Origin: Azolla caroliniana
Taxonomy: Eukaryota; Plantae; Polypodiophyta
Assembly (NCBI GenBank): GCA_043228905.1
Contig: JBHGNT010000002.1
Coordinates: forward strand, 13,578,001 to 13,642,000
Length of the DNA: 64,000 nt
Direction: 5' to 3'
Shown here: in pieces, positions 39,270-51,274 of the stretch
Position numbering within the stretch: position 1 is the first letter of the stretch
Layout: the number at the start of each line of letters is the position of its first letter
Notes under the pieces: model-generated
Databases searched by the model: none
What the model was told of the DNA's origin: nothing
The model's input: only the letters and a program-made list of their open reading frames with translations
Made by a program: the position numbers and the translations under genes

Positions 39270-41414
39270 AGATATAAGTAAACCTATAAGTAATAAAAAT
39301 AATTATTTTCCTCTACTTGAGGAAGGCTCATTCGAGCTTTCACTAGAATAAAGGAAAGCTCTCCTCAGAATTTATCCTCGAGTCAAAGAGTTGACTCCAA
39401 CCGAGCCCTCAAGTCAACCTTACCTTCTCTTATGTTGGTTGCATGTATGATTGCCAACGCCTCTGCCCGCAATACTTCGTCTGCTACTGCCACACCAATA
39501 TTGCCACTGACAACAACTGCACGACAATGGCCACCTCATTATCAACAAAATACAGACAGGTTTAATGGAACCTTAAGAATACACGGGAGAGATAGAGAGA
39601 GCAGAACAATGAAACTCAACTCAAAATAACAACACTCTGTACATACAATGTCCTACATAACACCTTTTATACAAGTCCTTAAAAGGACTGCAAGAAGTAC
39701 TGACATGTACTTCAATGCTCATACGAGCGATTGACATTGACTCCTAAAAATATGCCTACGTACTAGGCTAGATTCGTAGGCCTCTAACAGCCTACCGGTT
39801 ACAATCCGATCCGGCTCGCCGATTCGGCTCCTGGTTCCGGATACCATCTAGACACCGATCCGGTTCGTTGTTCTGGACTCCGATCCGGCTCTGGCTTATT
39901 TAACCGATCTAGATCTGGTTGAGCTTGTCCGCTCAACACTCCCCCTCAAGCTCAACTTGAGGTTGGATGGCAATGTGAGTGTCTGCGGTAGCCGATCCTT
40001 TGCTTTGGCTCCTCCTGACGTCCTCTCGCCTGGCTCATGCTCCTCATCCGGTCCATTCATGCTTTCTTCGACCCGTCTGGTTCCGCGCTCCTCGACCCTC
40101 CTAGTTGGCTTGTTTGCTCATAAGGCCCTTCTTAGCTCCTTCGTTGTTGCGACTTCGGCGTTTCTCCACCCATCAGTCCCTCCATATCACTGTCGACTTC
40201 CGCTGCCTCCTTGTCCATTTGGCCTTGAGTTGATCCGGCTCCTCCGAATCAAAATCTTCTTCAGAATCGGCTGCTTCTGACTCATTCCAACTCTTTTCCG
40301 AATTGGCAGTCTCAATCCGTCTTCGATTCCCAGACCTTTCACGACATCGCCCCAAGTCTCTGTCTTGGTCTTTATGACCTTCTTGGCACCTCCCCCTTGT
40401 TCGGTTGGCTCGGGCTCAAGCACTCAGTTCTGGTGGCTCCCCCTGCATCCTGTCTCGGCTTCTTCAACCGTCCCATGCAATCTGAATTCTTCAATCGGGC
40501 CGAAGTTGAGATCGGTTTCCGACTCGGCTTGCCGGTCATCTTTCTCATTCCTCCTTTCATTCCTTCTCCTCAAGTTCGGCATATCGCTGGAAAATTGCTG
40601 CAACTTGTCTACGCCTAGGGGTTTGGTGAAGATATCAGCCACTTCCCGATCCGTCGGAACATGCAGTGGTTCTACTTCACCAGAGAGAACACGCTCTTGG
40701 AAAAAATGATAGCGCATCTCAATGTGCTTGGTTCGGGCGTGATAGATGGTGTTCTTGGCGAACTGGATGGTGCTGAGGTTATCGCAATAGATCACTGTCA
40801 GATCGGACCTCTTGAGCCATATAGCTTCACATGTCGCAACAACCGCTCCTCGGTAGTGCTACTATCAGCTACTTCTTATTGCTCCAAGAGACTGCGACGC
40901 TTCCTAGTGAAAACTCATATCTAGATGTAGACTTGCGGTCGCCGACATTTCTGACCCAGTCAACATCCATGTAGCTGACAAGATGTCCAACTACACCCGT
41001 TCGATATAGCAACCCCCTATCCTTAGTGCCGCTGATGTATCATAGGATTCGGTGCAAGTACTGAACATGCTCCACCGTTGGGTGCGCCATGAATTCACTG
41101 ATCAATCCGACCGGATAGCTGAGGTTCGGTCGGGTGATGGTCAAATATATAAAACTTCCGACTATATGTCAGAACCTTTTTGGGTCGCATGTTGTTATGG
41201 AGTCGGGGCAATGCTTGACATTCCGGTCAAGAGGAATCGAGACGGATTTGCATTCTGTCATACCGAATTTTAAGAGCATACTCAAAACATAGTGGCGTTG
41301 ACTGATCAGTATGCCTTCCGGGGTGCAGATCACGTTGATCCCAAGGAAGTAATGAAGGTGTCCTAGATCCTTCATCTCAAACGATGCTGCAAGCTGGGAT
41401 TTGACGCGGCCCGT

Positions 41415-41543
41415 TGTCGCGTTGTTATGCGCGTGCATGGAGAAAGGCGGGACCACGGGGGTCTTGGACTAGGGAGTGACGGAGCATAGGAAATCGTGCT
41501 TCACTGTTTCTAGGGCATCCCAAAACACACCGGAAGCGACCGA

Positions 41544-41592
<49 letters not shown>

Positions 41593-44500
41593 ACTTAACA
41601 CCGACTCACGCACACACACGCACACACACACACACACACAAGCCGACCCGACTCACGCCCTTATGTACAGGAAACGCAGGAAAGGGGAAGCACCCGACAT
41701 CAATAGAGACGCGAATATACACAGACAGACGCAACGTATATATATATATATATATATAAAGAAGAATACATTCCCGGCGTCTGGCCGGACCAAGATAGCT
41801 TACAACAGTCGTCTGCTGTCAAGCCGCCGTCGGGGAACTCTTGGGCTCGTCACGCCGAGCGGGGTCTTGCACAGGGAGATGAGCTGCAGCAAACCCTAAG
41901 CGAACACGAAGGGGGGAGAAGAAGAAGAAACTAACTCTAAACCTAACGGTATACCCTCTAATGCAAAATGGGCAACCCTTTCACAAAGGGTGTTCCCTTC
42001 CTTTTATAGAACAAGGATAGGGATGCGTTACAATGTGGGATAAATCTCGACTTACATGGGATCGTTTGTCCCGCCTTGACTACTCTTCGGCGCCATAAAG
42101 GCGCCCTCGATATTCACATTCACAAAGGGTGTTCCCTTCATTTTATAGAACAAGGATAGGGATGCGTTACAATGTGGGATAAATCCCGACTTACATGGGA
42201 TCGTCTGTCCCGCCTTGACTACTCTTCGGCGCCATAAAGGCGCCCTCGATATTCACACTAAATGTACATGGGTGCGTACACACGCTGCACCCCGCCGATG
42301 TAGCCAATGTTTCCCGGTTTCCGCCTCTGGCCGAAATTCTTCACGACATCCGCCCCCACCTAACCGCACATCCACCGGTATGTGCCAAGTCCGGTTGAAG
42401 GGTGAGAGATTTCGGCCGGTGAGAAACCGGTCTTCCGTGATCCGCATCCCGGCTCGCTGCCGGTTTGACCCGTCGGCTTCGAGTCTTCCTTCGCGCTCGC
42501 CTCCTCGTAGGCTCGTTCGACCCGTCGATGGGTCCTCTGCCGCGATCTTCGTAGTACGCGTACTTTCACTGGCCCTTGCTCGGCCGTATGAACGCCTCGC
42601 TCCCATCGTATGCCCGATGTCCTCCGCTTGAGGCATGCCCGTAGTGGCCCGCTTGGCCTTCGTTGATCATTCGCGTCGTCCTGATTGCCGTCCCATGTCG
42701 TTTCACGTTGCCCTCGTCCTCTCGCTGCCACCTTCCTTCTCCATGGTCTTACATCGCCGTGTCGGCTCGAACCGCCATGGTCTCCGGAACGGTGTGGAGG
42801 ATCCCTTTCCGGCCTTCTCCGCGCTACCTCCGAACCGCGCAACCTATCTCCGCGCTCGCCTTTCCACTCCGGCACCTCCGTGTGCCACATACCCTCATCC
42901 GTTGTTTGGCACTGCCTGTGTTGCACTCCTTGTTGGCCCCCTTTCCGGCCAGATCATGCATCGCCGCTCACCCGCATACCGGTGTCCTTTGCATCCGAGG
43001 AACACCCTGTAGTAGCCCGCTTGGCCCTTCTCGTCTTCGTGTTGCCGCGATAGGTCCTGAGTCGTCCGCTTGCCGTCGCCCCCTCGCCCCCACCAGCTTG
43101 TCATCCTGACTTGCCGTGTTAGTCTTCGCTACTTTGACGGAGCTACCGAGATCTACGAAGCGAGTGTGGAGGATCCTCCTCCGGCCTCTCTTGCCATCCC
43201 CTGACTCCGACCCTGTGCAGTCCACTAGGCACTTGTCACCTTGTTCCCGGCACCTCCCTTGTGCCGTCTTCCGCTTCCTTCGTTCGGCCCCGCCCGCGCC
43301 GAACACCGTCCCGTAGTCACGCTTCGATCCGGCCCGCGATGGCCACTTGCGAGACTCTTGTTCTGTCCAAGGTGTGCATTTCCGGCCCGATACACCTCCC
43401 CGTGTTTGCCCCTACCGGCTCCTTCCGAAACCTCGTGTCGTCGGGTCCTGTTCCCTGCCGCCACCGTCCTTCTCCCTCGGTCTTACGTTGCCACATTGGC
43501 CAAACAGCCGGGGTCTCCGGATCGATGTGAGGGTCCCATAGGACCGTACTCCGTTTCTATGCTTGCCGTAATTCGGGTGCCTTTTGTTTGAGTCCCTCCT
43601 GGACTCTCCTCGTGTCTTCCGCTTAGTCGGGTCCCGTTTCCCGCCGCCACCATCCTTCTCTCTCGGTCTCATGTTGCCACGTTGGCCGAACTGCCGGAGT
43701 CTCCAGTTAAGTGTGGGGACTTCCTTACGCCCATTGCCTTCGTCACCTCGCCGCCACCATCAGTATCTTGGTCTTACGTCGACCGCGTTGTCGACTGCCG
43801 AAGTCTCTAGAACCGGTGTGAAGGATCCTCCGTAGACCGCCGCCCGTAGCCCCTTTGTCTTCGTCACCTCGCCGCCACCGTCAGTATCTTGGTCTTATGT
43901 CGACCGCGTTGCCGACTGCCGAAGTCTCTAGAACCGGTGTGAAGGATCCTCTGTAGACCACCAATTTATCTTCCCGACCCTGTCCCGGGTCTTCCTTTTC
44001 CACATGCCGAGAGGGCGTTTTGTTCCGCACCCTCTCCCGTGGTACCGACGTACCGTGTCCTCAGCCTCTTTGTAGGCCAGCTCTCTTCCTCCCTCCCGGA
44101 ATGGTCATCCGGGAGTCCGCTCCGCCCGGTTCTCGTCCGGGTCCGTTCGTCCTTCTCCGGATTGCCGAGTCCCGTTCTCCCGTCGCCACCGATCTCTCTT
44201 ATAGGACTCACGCCGGCCCTCGGGCCTGCAGCCGGATCGGTGTAAGGAATCCCATAGGACCGGCTTTCATTCTCTTTCCAAATCTCGACCTTCGCCCGGT
44301 CGGTCTTTCTCCCCATGTAAAAGAGGGCGGCTCGTCCCGCACCCCCTTCCGTATCGGCACTTTCACGCCGAATCCGGCCCCGATTGAACGATCCACGACC
44401 GGATCACGCTCCACCCGTATCAGAATGCCGATCTCCTCGTGCCGCATCCGTCCTCGGCCTCCTCACATGTCATTTCCCATCCATCTTCGCTGGCATTGTG

Positions 44501-45967
44501 CCAGGACTCCTCGGTACCGCCATCCATCTCCTCGGTCTTACATGGGCATACGGGCCCGAATGCCGAGTTCTTCGGAATCGGGTCCGTGGGCTTTCGTCCG
44601 TTCCTTCCCCGTATCGTCTCGCTGGTGATTCTTGGCCTTTCGCCGCCGCCTTCCTCCGCTTGGGACTCACGTGGGCACTCGGGCCCGACTGCCATCGTCC
44701 CGGGAGCAAGTGTAGGAAGACACAAGGAATCGCCCGTCCGTTTTATGCCCTTGTTCGTAGCCACCGACTCTTCGTGGTCAGCGGTCGTCTTCTTACCAAT
44801 CGCGCAAGCCCCGTCTGGGCTTGCTTCTCCAATGACCGGGATCTCGGGTTGACACGCCCGAAACCGCTGGTCCCAACATTCCGGTTCCGCGATCTGTATC
44901 TCGGCCTCGTCCTTGGCCGTTCTTTCTCCGCAAGTCGAGAGGGCGTTTCGTTCCACACCCTCTCCCGTGGTACCGTGGTACCAATCTTCCGCTGTCGCGT
45001 GGGGCAAGTCCGTCTTCTCAGTCTCGGCTTGCGGCCTCCGTCTTTCCTCCTCCTCGAGCATCGCCTCGAGAGTTGTGTACGCCTCTGCAATCCTGGCCCC
45101 AACGCTGACCCTTGCCGACTCTCTCTGCCGTTCGGCCTCTTCCCGCTGTGATGGCACGTCGTCGCGTACCTTCCTCTTAGCCTTCTCGGCTCGCTCGTTG
45201 TCTAGCCGTTGGCACACCCTTCCGACCTTCGACCAGTCCTCCGGAAACCCATTCGCTCCGTCATCGTCTTCGAGCTCAATCCCGATGGCTTCCCGTTCCG
45301 CTCGGTCGATCGACCTGACGAACAAAAGGACTTTGTCCGCGCCCACCAAACCTTGTTCCCGCTCCGGTAGCCGAGCAAGCCGTCGCTCAAACTCTCGGAA
45401 TGCCTTGGTCGCACCCCGGTGGGTCTTTGCCGATGCTACCCACTGGTCAAAGTCGTGCCGTCCCCGCCTCTTCCGCCGTCCTCCGTATGCCTTCAGGAGC
45501 GCCTCTTCAAAGGCCTCCCACGAACTATGAGCCTCACGGAGCTCCTTTATTTCCGCATGCATCCGGAAAACCATGACCCAACAGAAGAACTCCAGCCTCA
45601 ACGCCTCGTCTACGCCACGCTCCTCCATTTCCGCGTTGTAGGCTTCCAAGTAAGATGGGACTTTGTCCCCGTTGAAACGGCCGACTCTTTCGACCACTCG
45701 CTCAACCGGTTGTTGCGCTGCTTCTCGCCTCATCACCACTCGTGCCGACTCCAACACCACTTCGGCCACCATCTCCGCAAGGTCGTCGTCTTCCGACTCC
45801 ATCCTCCCTTGCCGCCTTTCACGTCGGGTTCACCAAAGATGTCGCGTTGTTACGCGCGTGGTGGAGAAAGGCGGGACCACGGGGGTCTTGGACTAGGGAG
45901 TGACGGAGCGTAGGAAGTCGTACTTCACTGTTTCTAGGGCATCCCAAAACACACTGGAAGCGACCGA

Positions 45968-46028
<61 letters not shown>

Positions 46029-46641
46029 TTAACACCGACTCACGCACACACACGCACACACACACACACACACAAGCCGACCCGACTCACACCCTTATGT
46101 ACAGGAAACACAGGAAAGGGGAAGCACCCGACATCAACAGAGACGCGAATATACACAGACAGACACAACGTATATATATATATATATATAAAGAAGAATA
46201 CATTCTCGGCGTCTGGCCGGACCAAGATAGCTTACAACAGTCGTCTGCTGTCAAGTTGCCGTCGGGGATCTCTCGGGCTCGTCGCGTCGAGCGGGGTCTT
46301 GCACAGGGAGATGAGCTGCAGCAAACCCTATGCGAACACGAAGGGGGGAGAAGAAGAAGAAACTAACTCTAAACCTAACGGTATACCCTCTAATGCAAAA
46401 TGGGCAACCCTTTCACAAAGGGTGGTCCCTTCCTTTTATAGAACAAGGATAGGGATGCGTTACAATGTGGGATAAATCTCGACTTACATGGGATCGTCTG
46501 TCCCGACTTGACTACTCTTCGGTGCCATAAAGGCGCCCTCGATATTGACACTAAATGTACATGGGTGCGTACACACGCTGCACCCCGCTGATGTAGCCAA
46601 TGTTTCCCGGTTTCCGGCTCTGGCCGAAATTCTTCACGACA
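41415..46641 (-). mobile_element. Non-autonomous gag-only gypsy element related to element 1 (element 8)
   Basis: LTRs 45840-46641 and 41415-42348, tRNA-Trp PBS (45819-45835), 4-bp TSD CCGT/TCGT. The LTR starts TGTCGTGAAGAAT as in element 1. No pol motifs. Confidence 0.9.
44420..45802 (-). CDS. gag: Gag-like protein (460 aa) with a charged, unrecognised C-terminal half
   Basis: RVGRFNG...YNAEM and DKVLLF...LED...EDW..V.R.C align by eye with element 1 Gag (RVGIFEG...YNEEM, DKVILF...LED...EDW..V.R.C). Confidence 0.8.
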   Translation of the reverse strand: MESEDDDLAEMVAEVVLESARVVMRREAAQQPVERVVERVGRFNGDKVPSYLEAYNAEMEERGVDEALRLEFFCWVMVFRMHAEIKELREAHSSWEAFEEALLKAYGGRRKRRGRHDFDQWVASAKTHRGATKAFREFERRLARLPEREQGLVGADKVLLFVRSIDRAEREAIGIELEDDDGANGFPEDWSKVGRVCQRLDNERAEKAKRKVRDDVPSQREEAERQRESARVSVGARIAEAYTTLEAMLEEEERRRPQAETEKTDLPHATAEDWYHGTTGEGVERNALSTCGERTAKDEAEIQIAEPECWDQRFRACQPEIPVIGEASPDGACAIGKKTTADHEESVATNKGIKRTGDSLCLPTLAPGTMAVGPECPRESQAEEGGGERPRITSETIRGRNGRKPTDPIPKNSAFGPVCPCKTEEMDGGTEESWHNASEDGWEMTCEEAEDGCGTRRSAF

Positions 46642-49600
46642 TCGTTTCGACCTTGCCTGATGAAAAGTGAAGAGTCTGATTTCGACGGAGCAAACCCTGC
46701 CTAATGTAGTTTTTGCGTGATCTTTGCGTTCTAGGCACGTGGGGCTTGCTTGAGTCTGTAGAGGGACTTCTTCAATTGGCACATTGCCGATGTATTTACT
46801 CCGAACTGAAATCTGGGGGGCTGAACCCCTTCGCCGCTGCCACCGCAAGCAGGACACATACGGTCTTCAACTTCGTGACTAGCATGAATGTCACATCGTA
46901 ATCGATGCCCTATTGCTGCATGTAGCCTTTGGCCACTAATCGGGCCTTGTACCTGTTGACGGAGCCGTCCATGTTGTATTTAACCTTGTATACCCATTGA
47001 TAACCGATTGGCTTCATTCCTTTTTTGTATGTCCACCAAGTCCCACGTCTCATTCTCCATGAGCGCGTGCATCTCTTCTTCCATGGCCTTCTGCCAATTC
47101 GGATCCTTAACCGCTTCAGCATAGCTCTCTGGCTCACGCTGGACTGCCACCTTTGCCTTGTATGCATAATGATGTGCCATATATTTGTTATACCCGTATC
47201 TCTTCACGGGGTTATTCTAGCGGGTGGATCGAAGCAATTCCTGATTCACCGATTTCTTGGCTTTCTTGGCTTTCTTGGTTGACTTAGACTTCTCTTCCGA
47301 AGGTCCATCTCTACTTTGTCCGGAGTCAGATTCGCTCTGATTTGACTGAGCTCTGTCGATGTCTTATTCCGACATCTTCTTCTCCCCCTTCTACTTGTGC
47401 GTGAACCATCTCCTCGGTTCCTCAGGCGGGGACAACACGACCGAGTCTTCACTACTCGTCGGCTCATCATCTAGTTGATCACTCCAGTTAAACTAGTCTG
47501 GATTCGGTCCACTAATTCGGAGAGAAGTCAGACTATCCTGTTGTTCGGATTCTGTTTCGCTTCCCTTTGTTCCGGATTCCACCGGATCATCAACAACAAT
47601 CGGCTCGAGTTCGGGTGGAGAGAAGTACCAGGATGCTGATTCATCAAAAACGACATCTCGGCTAACTCGGACGGTTTTCGATCGGAGGTTATAAAACTTA
47701 TAACGCTTCTATTCATCCGAGTGGCCGATAAGAATCCACTTTTCGGCTTTCACCTCTAACTTCCTCCGTTTTTCCTTCGGTACATGCACATATGCAATGT
47801 TACCGAACACCCGAACATGTGCCAAGTTCGGCTTTTGCTCGGAATACAGTTCGTGCGGCGACATCTCTATCCCTGAGGCAGATATCTGACTTTGGATATA
47901 GACGGTTGTCCGAATTGCTTCGGCCCAATAGAACTTGGGCATGCTTTTCTCCTCAAGCATCACCCTTGCCGCTTCTACCAACGTCCTATTCCGACATGCG
48001 GCCATGCCTTTCTGCTCCGGCGTGTATCTGTAGGAGAATTCCTATCAGATTCCCTTCATCTGCAGATAACTCGTGAACTGGCCGGAAAAGTACTCTTTTC
48101 TGCCATCCGATCTCAAACACTTGATCTTCCTTATGGTCTCACGTTCAACATGGTTTTTCAAATCCCCGAAGCATGAGAAGACTTTGCTTTTCTTCTGAAT
48201 TAGATAAATCCATGTGTGCCGGGTGAAATCGTCGATGAAGGAGACGAAATACCGACTCCCACCAATGCTCACGTTTTGTGCTAGTCCCCACACATCTGAA
48301 TGGATGAGATCAAGCCAATTCCATCTCCGATTCTTTTCATTGGGGAATGGAAGCCTATGTTGCTCCGATTCTTCATGGCTCGTCATGTGGTTTGATGCTC
48401 CGGAGTCAACGTACCACACTTCCCCCAATCCAGAAGTGGTCTTCATCATTGAGTTCGCCTTGTGCTTCATCACAAAGGCTGGCCCTTTTCTGGTCTTACT
48501 GGTTCTAGATCCTTCCGATCCTTTTGCATAGTGCGACCTTTGCCGGTTTCCTCGACCGGCTTTGCCGGATCCGGATTTGTTCGAATTGGCGCGCTTCTTC
48601 CAGCACTCGCTCTCTGTGTGGCCCTTTCGGCCACAATACCAACATTCCGTTGCGGCCTTGTCTTGCTGGTTTCCGGTGCCGCCTTGACTCCCCCTACTTG
48701 TGCAGGGTCTGGAACTGTTGTTGGCACCATCCCTGTGCCTCCAATTCTGCTCTTGTCGGCCGCTTCCATCGTGTGCTGATCCGCCTCGTCCACCACGACC
48801 ACGGGGCCGATCCATCTCCGTGTACAACATCCTATTGTCGGTGTGTGTGCTCGTTGACACATCGACGTGGTTCTCCGCTACTAGGAGCATCGACTGTAAG
48901 TCAAAAAACGAGGGTGTATTCTCCCTTGTACAGACCGCCGTCCGGATTGCTCTGAACTTTGACGCTAGGTCCCCGAGACAAACTTGCACCATCTCATCTT
49001 CCTCGACGGTTACGTTCATAGAGGCAAGTGAGTCGTAGATGTCTTTGATTCGGGCTGTATAGTCGGCCACCGACATGTCCTTCTGTCAGACATTGCTCAA
49101 CTCCTATAAGAATTGCAGCTTCCGGGTCGCGATGCCCAAGCTTCCTTCCACATCTTGGTGTCCTGGTATGGCTCAGCAGAAGATCGCCGACATTGGACGC
49201 AAAGCAATACATAACTCTACTTGCCGCTTGTTCCCAACTCGGGAAGTCCCTGTGTGCAACATCAAGTGTCATATATCGTTAGCTTCGTCGAAATAACTCC
49301 AGTAACCGTGCCCGAGCAGGTACTGGTGCATCTTGTATGAACAGGATGCATAGTTGGATCTGTCGAGCTTCTCCGTTGGAATCGCGCTAGCCATTCCTCG
49401 GTCCATATTTTTCTTCTGTCTGTTCTTTGTCGGGTGTTAGGGTTTGTCTTCAAAAAACACTTGGCCACTGCAGAGGTTCTCAACCCTCATGTTCTGATAC
49501 CATGTAAAAGTGAAAATGCGGAAGCTAAGACAGAACCGGCTCTGCCAGACAACAATAGAATACAGACATGTTTAATGGAACCTTAAGAATACACGAGAGA

Positions 49601-50379
49601 GACAAAAAGAGCAGAACAGTGAAACTCAATTCAAAATAACAACACTTTGTACATATAGTGTCCTACATAACACCTTTTATACAAGTCCTTAAAAGGACTG
49701 ACAGAAGTACTGACATGTACTTCAATGCTCATACGAGCGACTAACACTGACTCCTAAAATTATGCCTACGTACTAGGCTAGATTCGTAGATCTCTAACGG
49801 CTTACCAGTTAGAATCCGATCCAGCTCTCCGATCCGACTCCTGGTTCCGGATACCATCCGTACACCGATCCGGTTCTTCGTTTCGGACTCTGATCCGGCT
49901 CTGGCTTATTCAACCGATCCGGATCCAATTGAGCTTGTCCGCTCAACAATTGATTGACATCAATTGATGTCACTTTGCCATGTTAGCTACCCCAAACCTT
50001 TGTTCTTTTAACTATGGGAAAAAACCTACCCCCGACACAAAATTGGACCCCTCCTCACTTTCTTTTTCATTATTCAAATAAAAAAAACTCTACCCACAAC
50101 CTTAGGAGACATTATTTCCCAAATACCCTCCTACTCTTCAATTCTTTATGACTTATAAACATTACAGTTAATCTTTGCAGTACAAACATTTACACTTTTA
50201 CATTAGACATACAAATGCCCTTACACTTACACATTATATTAGTATACACATTTAAATAGTAATATATAAGTGCACACAAGCACAAGCACATTACATTCTC
50301 ATATACTATTACACATATTTAAACTTAAATAGAAATACATGCATATATAGCTACTTACATTCAATCTTATATCCAAGTA

Positions 50380-51209
50380 AATCCTTCATCTATTGTATAA
50401 GCCATAAATTTTCAAATATTGCAAAATAATATGCTTTCTATTAAACTTCAATTGATGATGAATAAGCAGATGATTGTTTCGTACTTGACAATCAGATGAG
50501 TCCACCACCATAAATGAAACAGTAACCAGATATTGATTTTCCATTATCAGTAAATTGAGCCCAATCAATATCTGAATAGCCATATATGTAGTCTCAATTT
50601 AAGTAAGTAATTCCATAGTCCATAGTAAAATATAAATACTTGAGGACTCACAATGCTTCTCTCCAATGTGTGACATGTGGTTCACTATTAAGTACATCCA
50701 TTGAATAAATATTTGGTCTAGTGTCTGTTATATACCAAAAACATCCATCGAATAAGAGATCTAAATTTGGATGCATCTTCAAAATTTGGAGTATCATCAA
50801 ATTTGCTAACTGTTGCATGAGGCGGAAGAGGACAAATGATGTGCTTTGGTTTCTCCATTCTATAATCTCTTAAGCACTGTTTTAAATTGAGATATGAATA
50901 TGCAAGCTTTAAATTGCCATATTTCCATGCCAATATAATAACAAAGAAGACACAAACCAATCATCTCAAATTGAGATGTAAGAATTTCTTTAAGAGAATT
51001 TATTTGAGTCATATGAACCTAAAATAAGTAGATCATCAACATACAAGATCATAAGTACTGATATAGTACCATTGTCTTGTAGTAGATAAAGATCTGGATC
51101 TGCTAAAGAACAAACGAAACCAAAATTAATTTGAGAAATCCATGAATTTTAAAATACCACGCTCTTGGTGGTTGCTTCAATCCATATAAAGCCTTCCTTT
51201 ATATGTATG

Positions 51210-51274
<65 letters not shown>

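Larger units (their letters stand above)
39543..49948 (-). mobile_element. Copia family A, decayed, with internal deletions (element 7)
   Basis: 5' LTR 49503-49948, PBS 49491-49502, 3' LTR about 39543-39938 (outer end truncated), PPT 39939-39947. Gag/PR/INT at 47500-49390. RT is split by element 8. Confidence 0.9.

Noticed and set aside
42215-45913. Many overlapping plus-strand ORFs in element 8 as antisense genes
   Set aside because: Expected in GC-rich, stop-poor sequence. No recognisable domains.
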